Assembly: GCA_964016885.1 (NCBI GenBank) | Contig: OZ024745.1 | Span: 116,932,001 to 116,996,000, forward strand | Direction: 5' to 3' | Source of the DNA: Eledone cirrhosa | Taxonomy: Eukaryota | Length of the DNA stretch: 64,000 nucleotides | Shown here: one piece after another, positions 38,457 to 51,040 of the stretch | Numbering within the stretch: position 1 is the stretch's first letter | Layout of the letters: each line of letters begins with the position of its first letter | The notes under the pieces: model-generated | Told to the model about the DNA's origin: nothing | The model's database searches: none | What the model saw: the letters and a program-made list of their open reading frames with translations, nothing else | Made by a program: the position numbers and the translations under genes

Positions 38457-38660
38457 ATAATTGTTTCTACTTTAGGCACGAGACCAGCAATTTTGGGGTA
38501 GGGGAAAGTCGATTAAATCAACCCCAGTGCATTACTGGTACTTTATTTTATCAACCCCTTAAGGATGAAAGGCAAAGCTAAACTTGGCGAGATTTGAACT
38601 CAGACCATAAAGGGTCGTAACTCTATGCGGCTAAGCATGTTGTCCGACGCTCTACCGATT
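38456..38660 (-). mobile_element. OK-like SINE (long subfamily) with TSD tcacacaataat
   Basis: TSD on both flanks. Confidence 0.85.
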
Positions 38661-38666
38661 CACACA

Positions 38667-39000
38667 ATAATAATGATTTCTTTATTGGCCACAAGGGCTA
38701 ACATGAAGGAAAACATTACAGACAGCACAGGACGATACAAAGTGGGTTTTGGCCATGTAAAAAGGTTATAAAAGACAGAAACGTGTAAAATAAATTAAAA
38801 TTCAAACAACAAAAATTCCCCAATAAGGAGGAAGCCTCCGAGAGTCACTCGTGGCGAAAACCACACAAAAGACCATGGCCACCCTGACCACCAGGGCAAG
38901 GGCCCTCTCTCAGTTTTCTCACTTCTCAATCTACAGGCGCATACTCAGAGTGGGCTCGTTCACTCGGACCAGAGTTGCCACTTTCCCCCACCTTTCAACA
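38667..39000 (-). mobile_element. 3' end of the L1/Tx1-like LINE family (second copy), followed by a SINE fragment at 39001-39116
   Basis: Closely similar to 39880-40197. Confidence 0.8.
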
Positions 39001-39143
39001 AATAATTGTTTCTACTTTTGGCACAAGGCCAGCAACATCAGTGTATTACTGGTACTTTATTTTATCGACCCTGTAAGGATGAAAGGCAAAGTTAACCTCG
39101 GCGGGATTTGAACTCAAATAATAATAGCCAATATGTACATCCA

Positions 39144-39311
39144 ATTCACTACATATACTCATACAATTGTAGCAAATCTTAGAACACTGGCCACTGTTTC
39201 CTATAGTTACCACCCCTTAACTGAGGAGGGAAGGGGGTGGTGATTAAGCTATAGAAAACAGTGACCAGTATGTTAAGATTTGCTACACTTGTGTGACTAT
39301 ATGTAGTGAAT
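39144..39311. mobile_element. Palindromic MITE (about 75-bp arms, about 17-bp loop)
   Basis: attcactacatata...tagcaaatctta...ccacccc pairs with ggggtgg...taagatttgcta...tatatgtagtgaat. Confidence 0.75.
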
Positions 39312-39373
39312 GAGAAATCAATTTCTTTATTTACAGTAATAATAATAATGATAATAATAATAACAATAATGAT

Positions 39374-39890
39374 ATTCTGAGAAGTGGTATGAGCATAAGC
39401 CAGAGTCGGTGATAGAAAACGATCAGGTGAAGGTGCTATGGGATTTTAGGATACAGACGGACAAGAAATTAGAACACAATAGGCCTGACCTGGTGGTTCT
39501 GGACAAGGAAAATAGATTGTGCCTGATTGTAGATGTAGCCTGCCCATTCGACACGAGAGTGCAAGAAAAGGAGAGGGAGAAAATTAACCAATATCAGGAC
39601 TTAAAGTGGGAGGTAAAAAGGATTTGGAACTGCCATGAAGTCAAGGTCGTCCCGATCATCAGAGGCGCACTAGGTTCTATCTCAAAGAGTTTCCAAGGAT
39701 GGTTAAAGAAGATTAGTCCAGCCCCACTTTTTGGAACACTTCAAAAGGCATGCTTGCTGGGAACAGCAAGAACCCTCCGATTCGTCCTGAATATCTGAGG
39801 CTGCAGGTAGCGACTTGATATTCATTTCAACAAACCTTCCAGTTAAATAACATCAATGACTGAGACTCAAAGAACAATAATAATAATAAT
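39374..39890 (+). mobile_element. R4/Dong-like element, 5'-truncated RLE domain, between (TAA)n runs
   Basis: ORF 39409..39798 WDFRIQTD...NRPDLVV..K...DVACPFD....EK...Y.DL...PII.GALG (PD..D/ExK RLE). Confidence 0.85.
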
Positions 39891-42050
39891 GGTTTCTTTA
39901 TTGGCCACAAGGGCTAACATGAAGAAAAACATTACAGACGGTACAGGACGATACAAAGTGGGTTTTGACCGTGTAAAAAGGTTATAACAAGACAGAAACG
40001 TGTAAAAGCAAATTAAAAAATTCAAACAACAAAAATTCCCCAAAATAGGAGAAGCCTCTGAGAGTCACTCATGGCGAAAACCACACAAAAGACCACAGCC
40101 ACCCTGGCCACCAGGGCAAGCGCCCTCTCCTCAGTCTACAGGCGCATACTCAGAGTGGGCCCGTTCAGATTCGCCACTTTCACCCACCTTTCAACAAACT
40201 TACTAGAAGACAGCACTTGCCTCTCCACCCTAATTTTCCACTTCAAGTAAAACTTGGAAAAGTTAATCAGGGATTGGCCGGAGAGCAAAGTGTCCGTTTT
40301 CAACCCTTTCAACCTTGTCCACAACACAATCTCTTTCGCCATGGCCACCAGGCAGATGAAAACTGCCTGCCCTTCCTCCTCTTTAAAGGAGGATGGCAGG
40401 GCTATCTGCACAATGGACTCAGTCGATAACCGGATCCATCCTACACGCAACAGCAACTGTTCGACATAGCTCCACAAGTCAACAATCCTCAGGCACTGAA
40501 CGAGTGCATGCAGGTTGGTTTCGTTGCCCTGCGCACTTCTCAGACAGGATCGGCTGACAGCACCTCTGTGTCTGTAGAACTTAACTCGAACCAGCAATGC
40601 TCCCCGGTAGCACTGCTAGGCCAGGGATTTCTGGAAGTTGTCCATAGGCACCAGACTGAAAGTTCTCTGGAAGAGAGCAAACAGCTGATTGTCTTCAACA
40701 CCCGGGGTCTCCCCGAGAATGTCATCGCTCTTCCCATCCAGTAGCCCTCTATAGAACACCGCAGAGGATGTTCCACTGATATCAGTGCCCAGCTGGTAGA
40801 GGGCAGTGAGCGCCTGGAGACATTCCAGCTTCCAAGCGCTATCCCTCAGTCTTTTCCTGATCCAGGACTACAACTCCGTCAAGGAGACGAGCTGGGGAAA
40901 AGCGTGTCTGGCAAACGGTGCTACACCTGTTCACCGTCAAGCAAGCACCAGAGATGTCACAGCCTCAGCACATGTTTGTGCATCATCAGCCACGGCATGC
41001 CCAGTCCTCCACACAACGGGGGTTGACATCAGATGGATCGTCTGAACTTGTGAGTACGTCCCTTCCACAAAAACAGAAGAGAAGGTGCTCCATTTTGGTC
41101 AGAGTTTGGTGGGGGCAAGGTGCGATGGTCAGGCGGTAGCAGATAATGGACGCAATGTACGCATTCGCCACCTCCGCCCGACCTTTCAGAGACAGCCTCC
41201 TCTCTGCCCATTTCTGGGTGAGAGTGGCCACCCTGCTTGTCACCTCACTCCAGTTTTTCTCCATCTGGAGGTCCGGACCGAACCAGACCCCGAGCAATTT
41301 AACCCGTCCTTCCATCCAGCACCCGGACGGCATGGACTTGCCTCTCCAGGTGCCGAGTTGCAAGCCCACCGACTTTTCTTGGTTTATCCTTACACCTGTC
41401 ACTGCTTCGTATTCCTCTGCGTTTAGCAGAGTTATAGTCCTGAAATTTTCTATAACGTTCCCCTTGTTCGGGTCCTTTATCAGCAGTGCTACTGTTCCTT
41501 GGCTCACAGAGCTGGGAATTCTCCTGTTCTGTTGCCAGTTGCAGTAGACATCTGCCAAGAAGTCTCTGAACAAGTCTGGCATTAACGCATAAAGCTCGTA
41601 GGGCAGACCATCCAAACCTGGCGATTTAACCCTAGTGCAGTCAGACATCGCTTCTCATCTCATATTTCACCTGCTGTAATCAGCTTTTCGCAATACTGCG
41701 CCGCTGTCATCGAGAGATGCGGCAATTCGTTGAGTTATGTACTGAAGTTCATACTCCAATCCAGCCCACCACCGCTCCCAAACAGTTGAGCAAAGTGCAC
41801 ACATCTGTTCGGGTTCGATTAACATACGCCCGTTTTGGTCAGGTAAAGACCGAATTGTGGCTTTGTTGCCACATCACGCCTCCACCACCTGAGCCCATTG
41901 GACGGCTTTTGTCCCCTTGTGTCTCAGAGCACACGCTCTTGCTCTGCGTTGAAGAATTGGTCGAGTGCCAATCTCACCGCAAGCATGTTGGTTGCGATGC
42001 CTGTCCTAAATGCCTCTTCTAGTTTTCTAACTAGTGCTCCCTCTACTCTA
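39876..42050 (-). mobile_element. L1-clade (Tx1-like) LINE, 5'-truncated and internally deleted, (ATT)n tail
   Basis: KSPGLDGLPYELY...NFRTITLLNAE / YEAVTGVRINQEKS..KLLGVWFG..W..RRLSLKGR; degenerate zinc knuckle CLRSAQGNETNLHALVQC. Confidence 0.85.
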
Positions 42051-42145
42051 TATATATATGATGTCATTTCCATTTTCTTGCTACCTCTGATACTAGTCTC
42101 TTACTCTATTGAACAACATATTGTCTAACCACTTAACTGTTAGAG

Positions 42146-43031
42146 CAGGGATCGGCAACCTTTTGGGATGTGTGGGCCACATGGCTATGCAGTGTCTCGT
42201 CAGTAGGCCACATTACTATGCAGTGTCTCGTCAGTAGGCCACATTGCTATGCAGTGTCTCGTCAGCGAGCCATATTCCTATTCAGTGTCACATCAGTAGG
42301 CCACATTGCTATGCAGTGTCTCGTCAGCGAGCCATATAGCTATTCAGTGTCACATCAGTAGGCCACATTGCTATGTAGTGTCTCATCAGTAGGCCACATA
42401 GCTATGCAGTGTCTCGTTGTCGGGCCTCATTACCATTTAGTGTCTCATTGGCAGGCCACATTGCTAAGCAGTGTCTCGTCGGATTTTCAATAAACTCTGA
42501 CAAAGCCATGACACCTGGCAGTGTATTTAGATCAGGGTTGCCATTTGTTCAATGAAAAACTTTACTTCTAATAATACTGAACACTCTTAACATAGAAAAA
42601 TAAATAAACATTGATTATTATCAAATACAGTCACTTACAGAGGTTTTACTATCAGTCAGAAAACTCAAATAAAATATTTTGAGGATGAAATGAAATAACT
42701 GTATGCCAGACACAGTGACTTGTTTTTGGTAAGTCTGGGTAATTCCACATCTCTGTCATACGCATAATATCTATACACATGTAGACACAAATACACACAC
42801 AGTCCCCTTGACCTCGATATCTGACTGTTCTATCTGTCTTAGTTTGATTGGTTGTTACTGTCATGTTAAAACATTACGTTCAGCTAAGCAAGTGTTGTGG
42901 CCAGGCGTGTTCTCTAGTCAGTATGCTAATCCAAAATAATTCAGAGCACTTTTCAGGTATTAGTCTAAGATTGAAACCTATTGTCGGGCCAGACAAAAAT
43001 TCTTTCATGGGCCGGAAGTTGCCGACCCTTG
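42146..43031. mobile_element. hAT (Charlie-like) non-autonomous transposon with internal about 31-bp tandem array (42175-42480)
   Basis: TIRs cagggatcggcaac / gttgccgacccttg; 8-bp TSD tgttagag / tgttagaa. Confidence 0.85.
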
Positions 43032-43309
43032 TGTTAGAACTACAATGAGAGAACCAGGCACTCTAACAAGAAAGCTACTCTCTTCAATAAGGGAGCCACT
43101 ATTTGGCATCTTACTCTGCTAGAAATAGCAGCAAAATCTTCCTCAAATCAGACTGTACTATTTTAAAATATGAAGGATATATTGAGATATACTATGCAAG
43201 AAAAGTAAATGGGATGGTCACAACTGGAATGTATTTGATCTTAAATCTGCTTGATCGGAGCTAATCTATGTCTAAATAATAGCAAAGACAACAACTACAT
43301 TGATGAGAA

Positions 43310-43540
43310 CCCTTTCATGGCTGCATTTCTAATTAAATACATTCTATTTTAATTAATTAATGAAGAATTTTGAGGGATTTATTAAAATTATTAATTATTT
43401 CATTACTAAGATTGTATCTTACTGTAAGATTTTATATAAAATTATGTTAGAATATTTTAATTTAGATACGAAACCTTTAAAATCAGTGATTTTATGTCAT
43501 AGAAGTAGAGCTGGTTTTGACCAGGTTGGTAACTAAAGGG
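43310..43540 (+). mobile_element. TTAA-flanked MITE, family 2 (copy at 57288-57518)
   Basis: ccctttcatg ... ggtaactaaaggg|ttaa; shared AT-rich body. Confidence 0.65.
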
Positions 43541-43579
43541 TTAAAACTTCTGTCACTGCATAAGATAATGTATAAATAT

Positions 43580-43770
43580 GTAATTGTTTCTACTTTAGGC
43601 ACAAGGCCAGCAATTACCCAGTGCATTACTGGTACTTTATTTTATCGACCCCGTAAGGATGAAAGGCAAAGTCAACCTCGGCGGGATTTGAACTCAGATC
43701 GTAAAGGGACGTAACTATGCTGGAAAGCATGGTGTCCGACCCTCTACTGATATTGCCAATCCACCGCCCT
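43580..43770 (-). mobile_element. Full-length OK-like SINE with TSD taaatatgtaat
   Basis: TSD on both flanks. Confidence 0.9.
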
Positions 43771-43952
43771 AAATATGTAATAACATGTAATATCATATGT
43801 CTTTCTCAGTTTATCAATATGGAATACTGGAAATATTTCTATAAGCAATTTGGTTTTTAATAAATTCAAACTAAATAATGCAATTATTTTCCGAAAAGTA
43901 GGAAATTAAATAAAAATCAATAAAAATAAAAATAAAAAACAAACGAGACATC

Positions 43953-44012
43953 GCATCTCAGAGTTGCCACACTTAATGTTGGCACTCTAACATGTAGATC
44001 TGGTGAGATAGA
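43953..44012 (+). mobile_element. RTE AP-endonuclease N-terminal remnant
   Basis: Translates HLRVATLNVGTLTCRSGEI, the typical first motif of RTE APE domains. Confidence 0.5.
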
Positions 44013-44647
44013 AAGAAAACTGATTAAGCATATTAAACCTAGTGGGAAATAAGAAAATATTCGAAATGACACAAATATAAGGAAAATAAATTTCTTTTCA
44101 ATAATATTACTAAAATAGTTATTGGTGACAGTATTTAAAGAATATGAACAAGATTGTTGTTTACATCCTGTTTTTCTTTAGTTTGGAATAAATTGTAATA
44201 AATTGCAAGTAAATAATTTATTTAAAAATAATAAAATTTATAAATTCTTTACTTTTTGACATCTGTCAGAGTGTATTATGTATGTGACACACCCAAAATT
44301 CTAAACTCCTGGTAAACAACAGTGAATCAGCCCTGGGATATTTTAAGCATAGCTATTGTTAATTGTTCAATTTAAAATCATGGAATTTCTATTAATTCAA
44401 TCAACTACATTATCAGTTTGATCATAGTTATTATAAGGATTTCAATAAAGCCTGGAGTTTTAACCAGGCATATAGGAGCACTTTATCCAAAAATGAATGT
44501 AAATTCTTGTGACTGTAGATTTCGTGAAATATTACACAAAGTAAAAATAGTCACAAGGGTCTCATAAAATCCAAATCTTGATCAAAATGTATATAGTTGA
44601 CAAAAATATAGTGAATATTATAAGTAGTTGGAGGCTGGGTATGTGAA

Positions 44648-44925
44648 GGTGGCAAATTGACAGAGCTGTTAGAACATCGAGTAGAATGCTTTGTGGTATT
44701 TATTCTGGCTCTCTGAGTTCAAATTCCACTAAGGTCAACTTTGCTTTTCATCCTTTCAAGTTTGATAAAAAAAAGTACCAGTCAAGTACTGGGGTCGATT
44801 CTTCCTCTATATCTCTTTCTCCCTTCCTTTCTCTCACTTTCTATCCTTCTCTGGAAGAAATCTGCTGTATTCAGGCCTGGAGATTAATGGACTCTGCCAG
44901 GCTTAAAATGTCCAAGAAATGCTGT
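44648..44925 (+). mobile_element. Older OK-head SINE with a different 3' body (copy at 59259-59542)
   Basis: OK-like head and core, then ttcctctatatctcttt...ccttctctggaa.aaatctg...aaaatg.cc.agaaatgc in both copies. Confidence 0.7.
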
Positions 44926-45064
44926 ATGTCAATACAGCGCCCCAACTACTCCCTCGGGAATTATGGGACTATACTATGTGATGAATTGGGTTCATTTCAA
45001 CAAAGGAAAATTAGAGATGTAGTTGATTGGAATTATTCAAAAAATTCTGGGAGAGAATTTCTTA

Positions 45065-46191
45065 TTTGAGTGACAATCAAGTAGTCGTTAGTGACATCTC
45101 AGTAAGCAAGAGAAAGAACGAGACATACAGGAAGGTGTGGAAAAGAAAGGTCTGGAAGCTAAAAGACCTTTCATTAAAATATAAATTTAGCAAAGCCCTT
45201 CAAGATGTGTATGATGAAAAAGAAGACGATTTAGAGTTGTATGACATAGATGATAACTGGAATTTCTTGCGTGATAACTTACTGCAGGCGGCTACTGAAG
45301 AAACTTATGGTTGAGGCTGGAGCCTCAACCAGACAGAGAGTGACCTGGTGGTGGAACAGCATGGTAGATAGGGCAATTAGAGACAAAAGACTAGCATGGA
45401 AGGCTTGGAAAAATGGTGGGAGTAGAGAAGGATACACAGCCACTAAGAGAGAAGCTAGACGTCAGGTGTACTTAACATGCAGGGAGACTGAGAGTAGGAG
45501 GTTTGCCAATGTTCTGTGACGAGAAGATCAGAGATGTGCGGTGTTCCACATTGCAAGGCAGTGTGTCAGTGCAAATCAGGATGTTGTTGGAGATAAGTGT
45601 GTCCAGAATGATGCCGGTGTACTTAGTGTCACGAATGATCTGAAAAAGGAGGCCTGGAAATGTCATTATGAGAGACTGATGAATGTGGAAAACGAATGGG
45701 AGAGAGAAATTACCCCCATTAGACCCGACAGGGGGACCAGCTATTGAGATTGACGAATATAGGGTACAAGAAGCAATTAAGGAAATGAAGAATGGTAAGG
45801 CTGCTGGACCCCCGGGGATAGTTGCTGAGATGCTGAAGGCATCAGGAGAAGTTTGCACTAAACTAGTTGCACACATCATTAATCAAGCTATATTTGGTGG
45901 TGTCATACCCAAAGACTGGTGCAGCAGTATTCTCATAAATTGTTGAGATGGTATGGACATGTGATGCGCATGGAGGATGACCGCTGGATAAAAAAGTGCC
46001 AAGAAATCCCAGTAGAAAGAAAATGCAGTAGAGGTAGACCACGAAAAACATGGGCAGAGGTGGTGAGAGCAGACCTCAGATCGCTGAAACTCACCGAGGA
46101 GATGACGAAGGACCGTGACAAGTGGAGAGATGCTGAATAGGACCCGTCCAACCCTTGCAAGCAGGGAAAAGCGGACGTAAAATGATGATGA
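45065..46191 (+). mobile_element. RTE LINE with the RT core deleted
   Basis: TWWWN..V..AIRDKR, MKNGKAAGPPGIVAEMLK..IPKDWCSSILINC joined directly to LRWYGHVMRMED..GRPRKTW; (GAT)n tail. Confidence 0.85.
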
Positions 46192-47069
46192 TCATCATCA
46201 TCATCATAATTTAATATCCATTTTTCCATGCTGGCATGGATTGGGTGCATCATAACAAACCAAGTCCTCTTAGTTGTATACTTTCCAATTTTGGTATTTT
46301 TTCTACAGCCACATGCCCTTCCTAACACCAACCACTTTACAGGGTGTACTGTGTGCATTTTATCATAGCACTAGTACCAAGGATGTTTGAAAGGAATTTA
46401 AGTCCAATTATTCAGTAATGGCAACACTACTGTAAAATGTGTACTAAGCTTACTGATTGAATTCTCAGCAAGTAGTGTTCATACTGCTTCTTTGATCTTC
46501 CTGAGTTTTTGTCACGATTCTTTACAATCGAAATAATATATAATTTCTTTTCTCACACAATGTGTTCAGCTATTCCTGATCATCATAGTTCCCCTCTCAT
46601 TAGTTTTTTATGCTCTATTATAACTGTTGGTAATCACCCAATTCCTTCTTTAGAACACCTTCTGTAAAAGCATGGAATAGCATAATGCAGTTCTTTAGTT
46701 TGTACAGTTCTGGAATAAATTCTACTCTGGTGAAAACTCTTTAAAGAATCTCTCTCTGATGTTAAATTATCAGACACATTCACTAAGAAAGAATCAGAAT
46801 AGAAGCCCATCAAAAACTTGTGAAAAGTAGAAAATGAAACCCAGGAATGTCTGAAGACAGTATGAGAAAAAGAATTACAAACTATTATGGGATTAAATTT
46901 CCATTATAGATAAAGAACCACATGAAAATCAAAAAAGCAATACATATAGTGTTTATTAGTAATCTGATTAGTCAACTCCAACACTGTGGAATTCAATATG
47001 GCTGTTATTACTGCAAACTAACTTGTATATACACCAGAAACTGAATAGATTAGGAGAGGATTATTTGTA

Positions 47070-47261
47070 AATAATTGTTTCTACTTTTGGCACAAGGCCA
47101 GCAATTACCCCAGTGCATTACTGGTACTTTATTTTATCTGCCCTGTAAGGATGAAAGGAAAAGTTAACCTCGGCAAGATTTGAACTCAGATCATAAAGGG
47201 ATGTAACTCTATGCTGCAAAGCATGGCGTCTGATCCTCTACCGATACTGCCAATCCACCGC
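47070..47261 (-). mobile_element. OK-like SINE with TSD tatttgtaaataat
   Basis: TSD on both flanks. Confidence 0.9.
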
Positions 47262-47704
47262 TATTTGTAAATAATGGTTCCAAGTTCAATGTATATTTTC
47301 AGAAATAGGATCCTGGATATCAGTCAAAACATATATTTAATGAAATAAAGTTTCAAAGTTTCATGTAATTATATTCACTTCATCAGTTTTATATGGATGT
47401 AAAATACTTGAGAATTATTGACAACCACTAGTAAAACTTTCATGAAAGCAGATCTAATGGAGACCAATTTCATGCAGTGTCATTGTACCTGATATAAAGT
47501 ATTCAAACATCCCTGGCAGGCTAATCTCTTCATAAAACTACCCACCAATGTGCTCCCTCTGCCTCATGCCTCATAGAAAGGTAGTTTCTATCACATTTCA
47601 CTCTTGCAGTATGTGATGGTGGACTTCTCTCTGACCCTCTGTCTGCTCTAGTGTGCCTCAAAGGTCAGTTTTTACCCCACATTCCTCTTCCAGTATATCA
47701 CATA

Positions 47705-47900
47705 GTTACAGGTACCTCCTGTACCTAATTACCAGTACCTCCTGTACCTAGTTACAGCTACCTCTTGTACCTAGTTATAGGTACCTCCTATACCTAGCTA
47801 CAGCTACCTCCTGTACCTAGTTACAGCTACCTCCTGTACCTAGTTACAGCTACCTCCTGTACCTAATTGCAAGTACCTCATGTACCTAGTTGCAAGTACC
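47705..47900. repeat. 23-bp minisatellite (acctcctgtacctagttacagct), about 8 copies
   Basis: Direct inspection. Confidence 0.9.
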
Positions 47901-48087
47901 TCAAGCAATGTTTACTCCTATGTAATGATACCACCTTTTATTTGTTTTCCACACCAAAACATCAATCACAAGAATCATCCTAGACACATTTGGTCAAATC
48001 TGCACAGACTCCAACAACCTCTTCCAATGCATCAATCTTCTCTTTTTCAACAGCAGAGGCACAATCAATGCACATGTCTTCTTCTTA

Positions 48088-48902
48088 TTCTTGCTCTTGC
48101 TCAATGAGACTAGGGTCATCCTAGGTCAGTGATCCCAGAGGAATCATCGTGCATAGAGCCAACCAGGTTTACCAGTGCCCTCCATCACTGGTGGTCCCAT
48201 GCCAGCCCCTCTGCATCCTCCAAGGTGTTGTCGAGCTTCTAGAGATCTTCCTTAATGACATCCAGTCATCTGGTGTGGGGCCTGCCATGGGGCTTCTTAC
48301 AGCCTGTAACTGTTGTGTCAAAAGATAGTAAGGCTGTAGTAGGATGATCTGTTGGCAGGTGGATGACATGTCTGTACCAGCGCATGCAGTGGATGGCTAT
48401 GAGACAGGAAGCTGTGGGCTGATGCATGCATGCAAGTCTTTGTTGGAAATGTAGTGGTACCATCTGATGTTCTCGATGGTCGCCAAGGCTCTGCTATAAA
48501 AGCTGACAGATATTACCAGGAAACCATTTATATTTTAAAGCATAAATGATACATTTCTTATTGTTTCTAATTCAGTCCCTCATGAATCAGAACCCCATTT
48601 TAGTCAAACTGAAATGTTTTCTATCTATTCTCTTTCAACGGAAATATGTGATAGTGTGTTCCATTTTCAAGAAGGGAAACTCCCTGACTTTGCTCATACC
48701 AACCTATTGTCATAATTTCAAACATCTTAAAAATAATGGTAGCAGTTGTGAACAACCATCCCCTTCATCACTTTCACTTTCTCTCCTTTCTTAGGAGCAA
48801 CTAGTATAATTTAGGTAGATTACTAAGATGGTTTTCTTAGGAACACAGTTACACTCTTGTGTACTTTGGTAAAATGTAGCATTGTTGCTGTTCATGTTAG
48901 CA
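48088..48902 (-). mobile_element. Inverted copy of the 14475-15281 composite
   Basis: Reverse-complement match along the whole length. Confidence 0.85.
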
Positions 48903-51040
48903 GGTCATCTTACCAATACACATGTCAAGAAAATACTATTGTATCCCATGCTTTAAACATGAAAAGTATCCCCCTAAAACATTCAAAGTTACAACAAATC
49001 GCAGAAAATCTCTCTTGGTGAATAATAGACATTCTCAACTTTGGAAAGATTGCATCACAAAGACAAACCTTTTCATGGCCAGAAAATACTACAACCCCAA
49101 ACTAACTCTCTATAAAGCTCTGGCTAGACTCACAATGAAGCACTAATCTCATTTCTGGAACAGTGCTGCTTCTATACATACAGACATCCTTGACCACATA
49201 AAAATGGCTACCGAACTGTTTGTTGTGATGCTGTTCACCAATACACTTCAACATGTGACCCACAAGCATTGTCCCTTCACTCAGCTTTTTATACTGTAAT
49301 TATAGAAGTCTTTACTCTTCAGAGCTCCCAGGCCTAGTCCATCTTCACTCAGGTACTCCCTAATTCATATTGTGTCCATCTTCAGCTCTCCAACACTCCC
49401 CACAATAATCCCTATAACCAGTCCTCCCTCACTAAAATATCACCTTCTGGAAATCTTTCACTCACCATATTTGTCTTCTAGCTGTCTTGGAGAGCCTGCA
49501 ATGACCACAAACACAGGGTCATCCTCCAGATTAAACTAATAAAAACAATGTGGGTTTTATTATTATCATTTTTTTTATTTTTTTTTACAAAATAGAAAAC
49601 ATAACACTGCATTCATGATTCAAGCAGTATAGAACCAGTTAGGGTAGAGGGTCCACAGAAAAGAATTTCTGTACAGATTTTGATTATCATGTGTAAATCT
49701 ACCGTATCAAAAGTCCAGATTGAATTTTATAGAAAAAGCAGACCAGGAAAAATAACTGAAAAATACTAATTGTTAGATTTTAAATGTCTATCAGCCTGTC
49801 TACCACTCTCCTTCAATAACAGATATGGTTGATTCGTGTACTGTTTGAATTCTGAACATAAAAATAGCATAATAAAAAAACTTCAAGGTATTTAAACTTA
49901 TCGCTACTTATTCTGCCATCTGTTTTATTTGATGTGCTTTACATAATTTAAAGAGTTATTTCACCTCATATTAATAGAAAGATAAGAAATAAAATGAAAA
50001 GAACTGTCTCATTATCCATGTGGTCAGTATTTCAACATATTTTACACAACTAACAATTATAATCAACAATAGCAGAAAGAAATTGTATTTCATATTTTTA
50101 CTAAATTTTATTTTTTATCTAATATGCATATAAACCATATTTTTATTGTCTTTCATCTTTCATAGAGTCAATAGCTAACCCAACATGTGGAAAGCATTTG
50201 CTAAAATAGAAAATATTTAAAAGACAGACTTCCTCAGTTCATTTTTTTTTTTGAGAGCCCTGCTAACAGATATTTAGTGATGATGGGGTGACTCTAAGCT
50301 GGATATTCAAGGAATCAGTCAAGCAAAACAGGCTAGGTAAAAATAAATACTATGGATATGTTGATGTCAGCCATGATCAAAGACATTCTAATCATCACCA
50401 TCCCATTTCATATGCAAACTTAGTGCAGCAGTAAGTTGATACTCTCTTCAATAGAGTTTCTTTCATACTATAAAGTGGTCACCATGAAGCTGACCTTTAT
50501 GAATGTATTTACCAAATTTCTGTTGATGGGATGACTTTGGCTGGTCTAGCCAAGAGGGAGAGAGAGAGACACACACAAAGTGGTTACTGAGTGAGCCAGC
50601 TGACAACTACATCTTAGTTAGTCGGTATCAGCTCTGCAACTCCTGTGGTTGACTCTGGGATCAGGTTATTTATCAGTATTCCATTCTTTTGTCTCCGGGA
50701 CACAAGAATAAGCAGATGGCTATTTGATATGTCAGACATATTGACAACTCAAAATCTGGTCCACAATGGAAACTTATCTATGAGGTCATAAATGTCAGCT
50801 TTGTGGTGGTCGCTTGATAATATGAAAGAAACTCTATTGAGGAGAGTATCAAACTAGTAGTGTACCTCACACTAGATTATCTAATATGTACATTTTGGGC
50901 GAGAAGAGAGGGTATGATTTGAGGAAAAAGTGGCTGCTATTTCTAATTAGTTGTTGTTCCTTCATTTGTTTGAGAAGCCCCATCATGGAGAAACATAGTC
51001 ATTGTTCAGAGTAGTTATTATAATAATAATAATAATAATA

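Larger units (their letters stand above)
47520..49550 (+). mobile_element. Highly decayed CR1/L2-like remnants with insertions
   Basis: VVCDGGLL...SSVPQ(GS) near 47650 and KLTLYKALARLTMKH..HFW near 49100; fragmentary. Confidence 0.4.

Noticed and set aside
42175-42480. About 31-bp repeats as a CRISPR array or repeat-protein ORF (42170..42361)
   Set aside because: Spacerless subterminal array inside a hAT element with TIRs and TSD.
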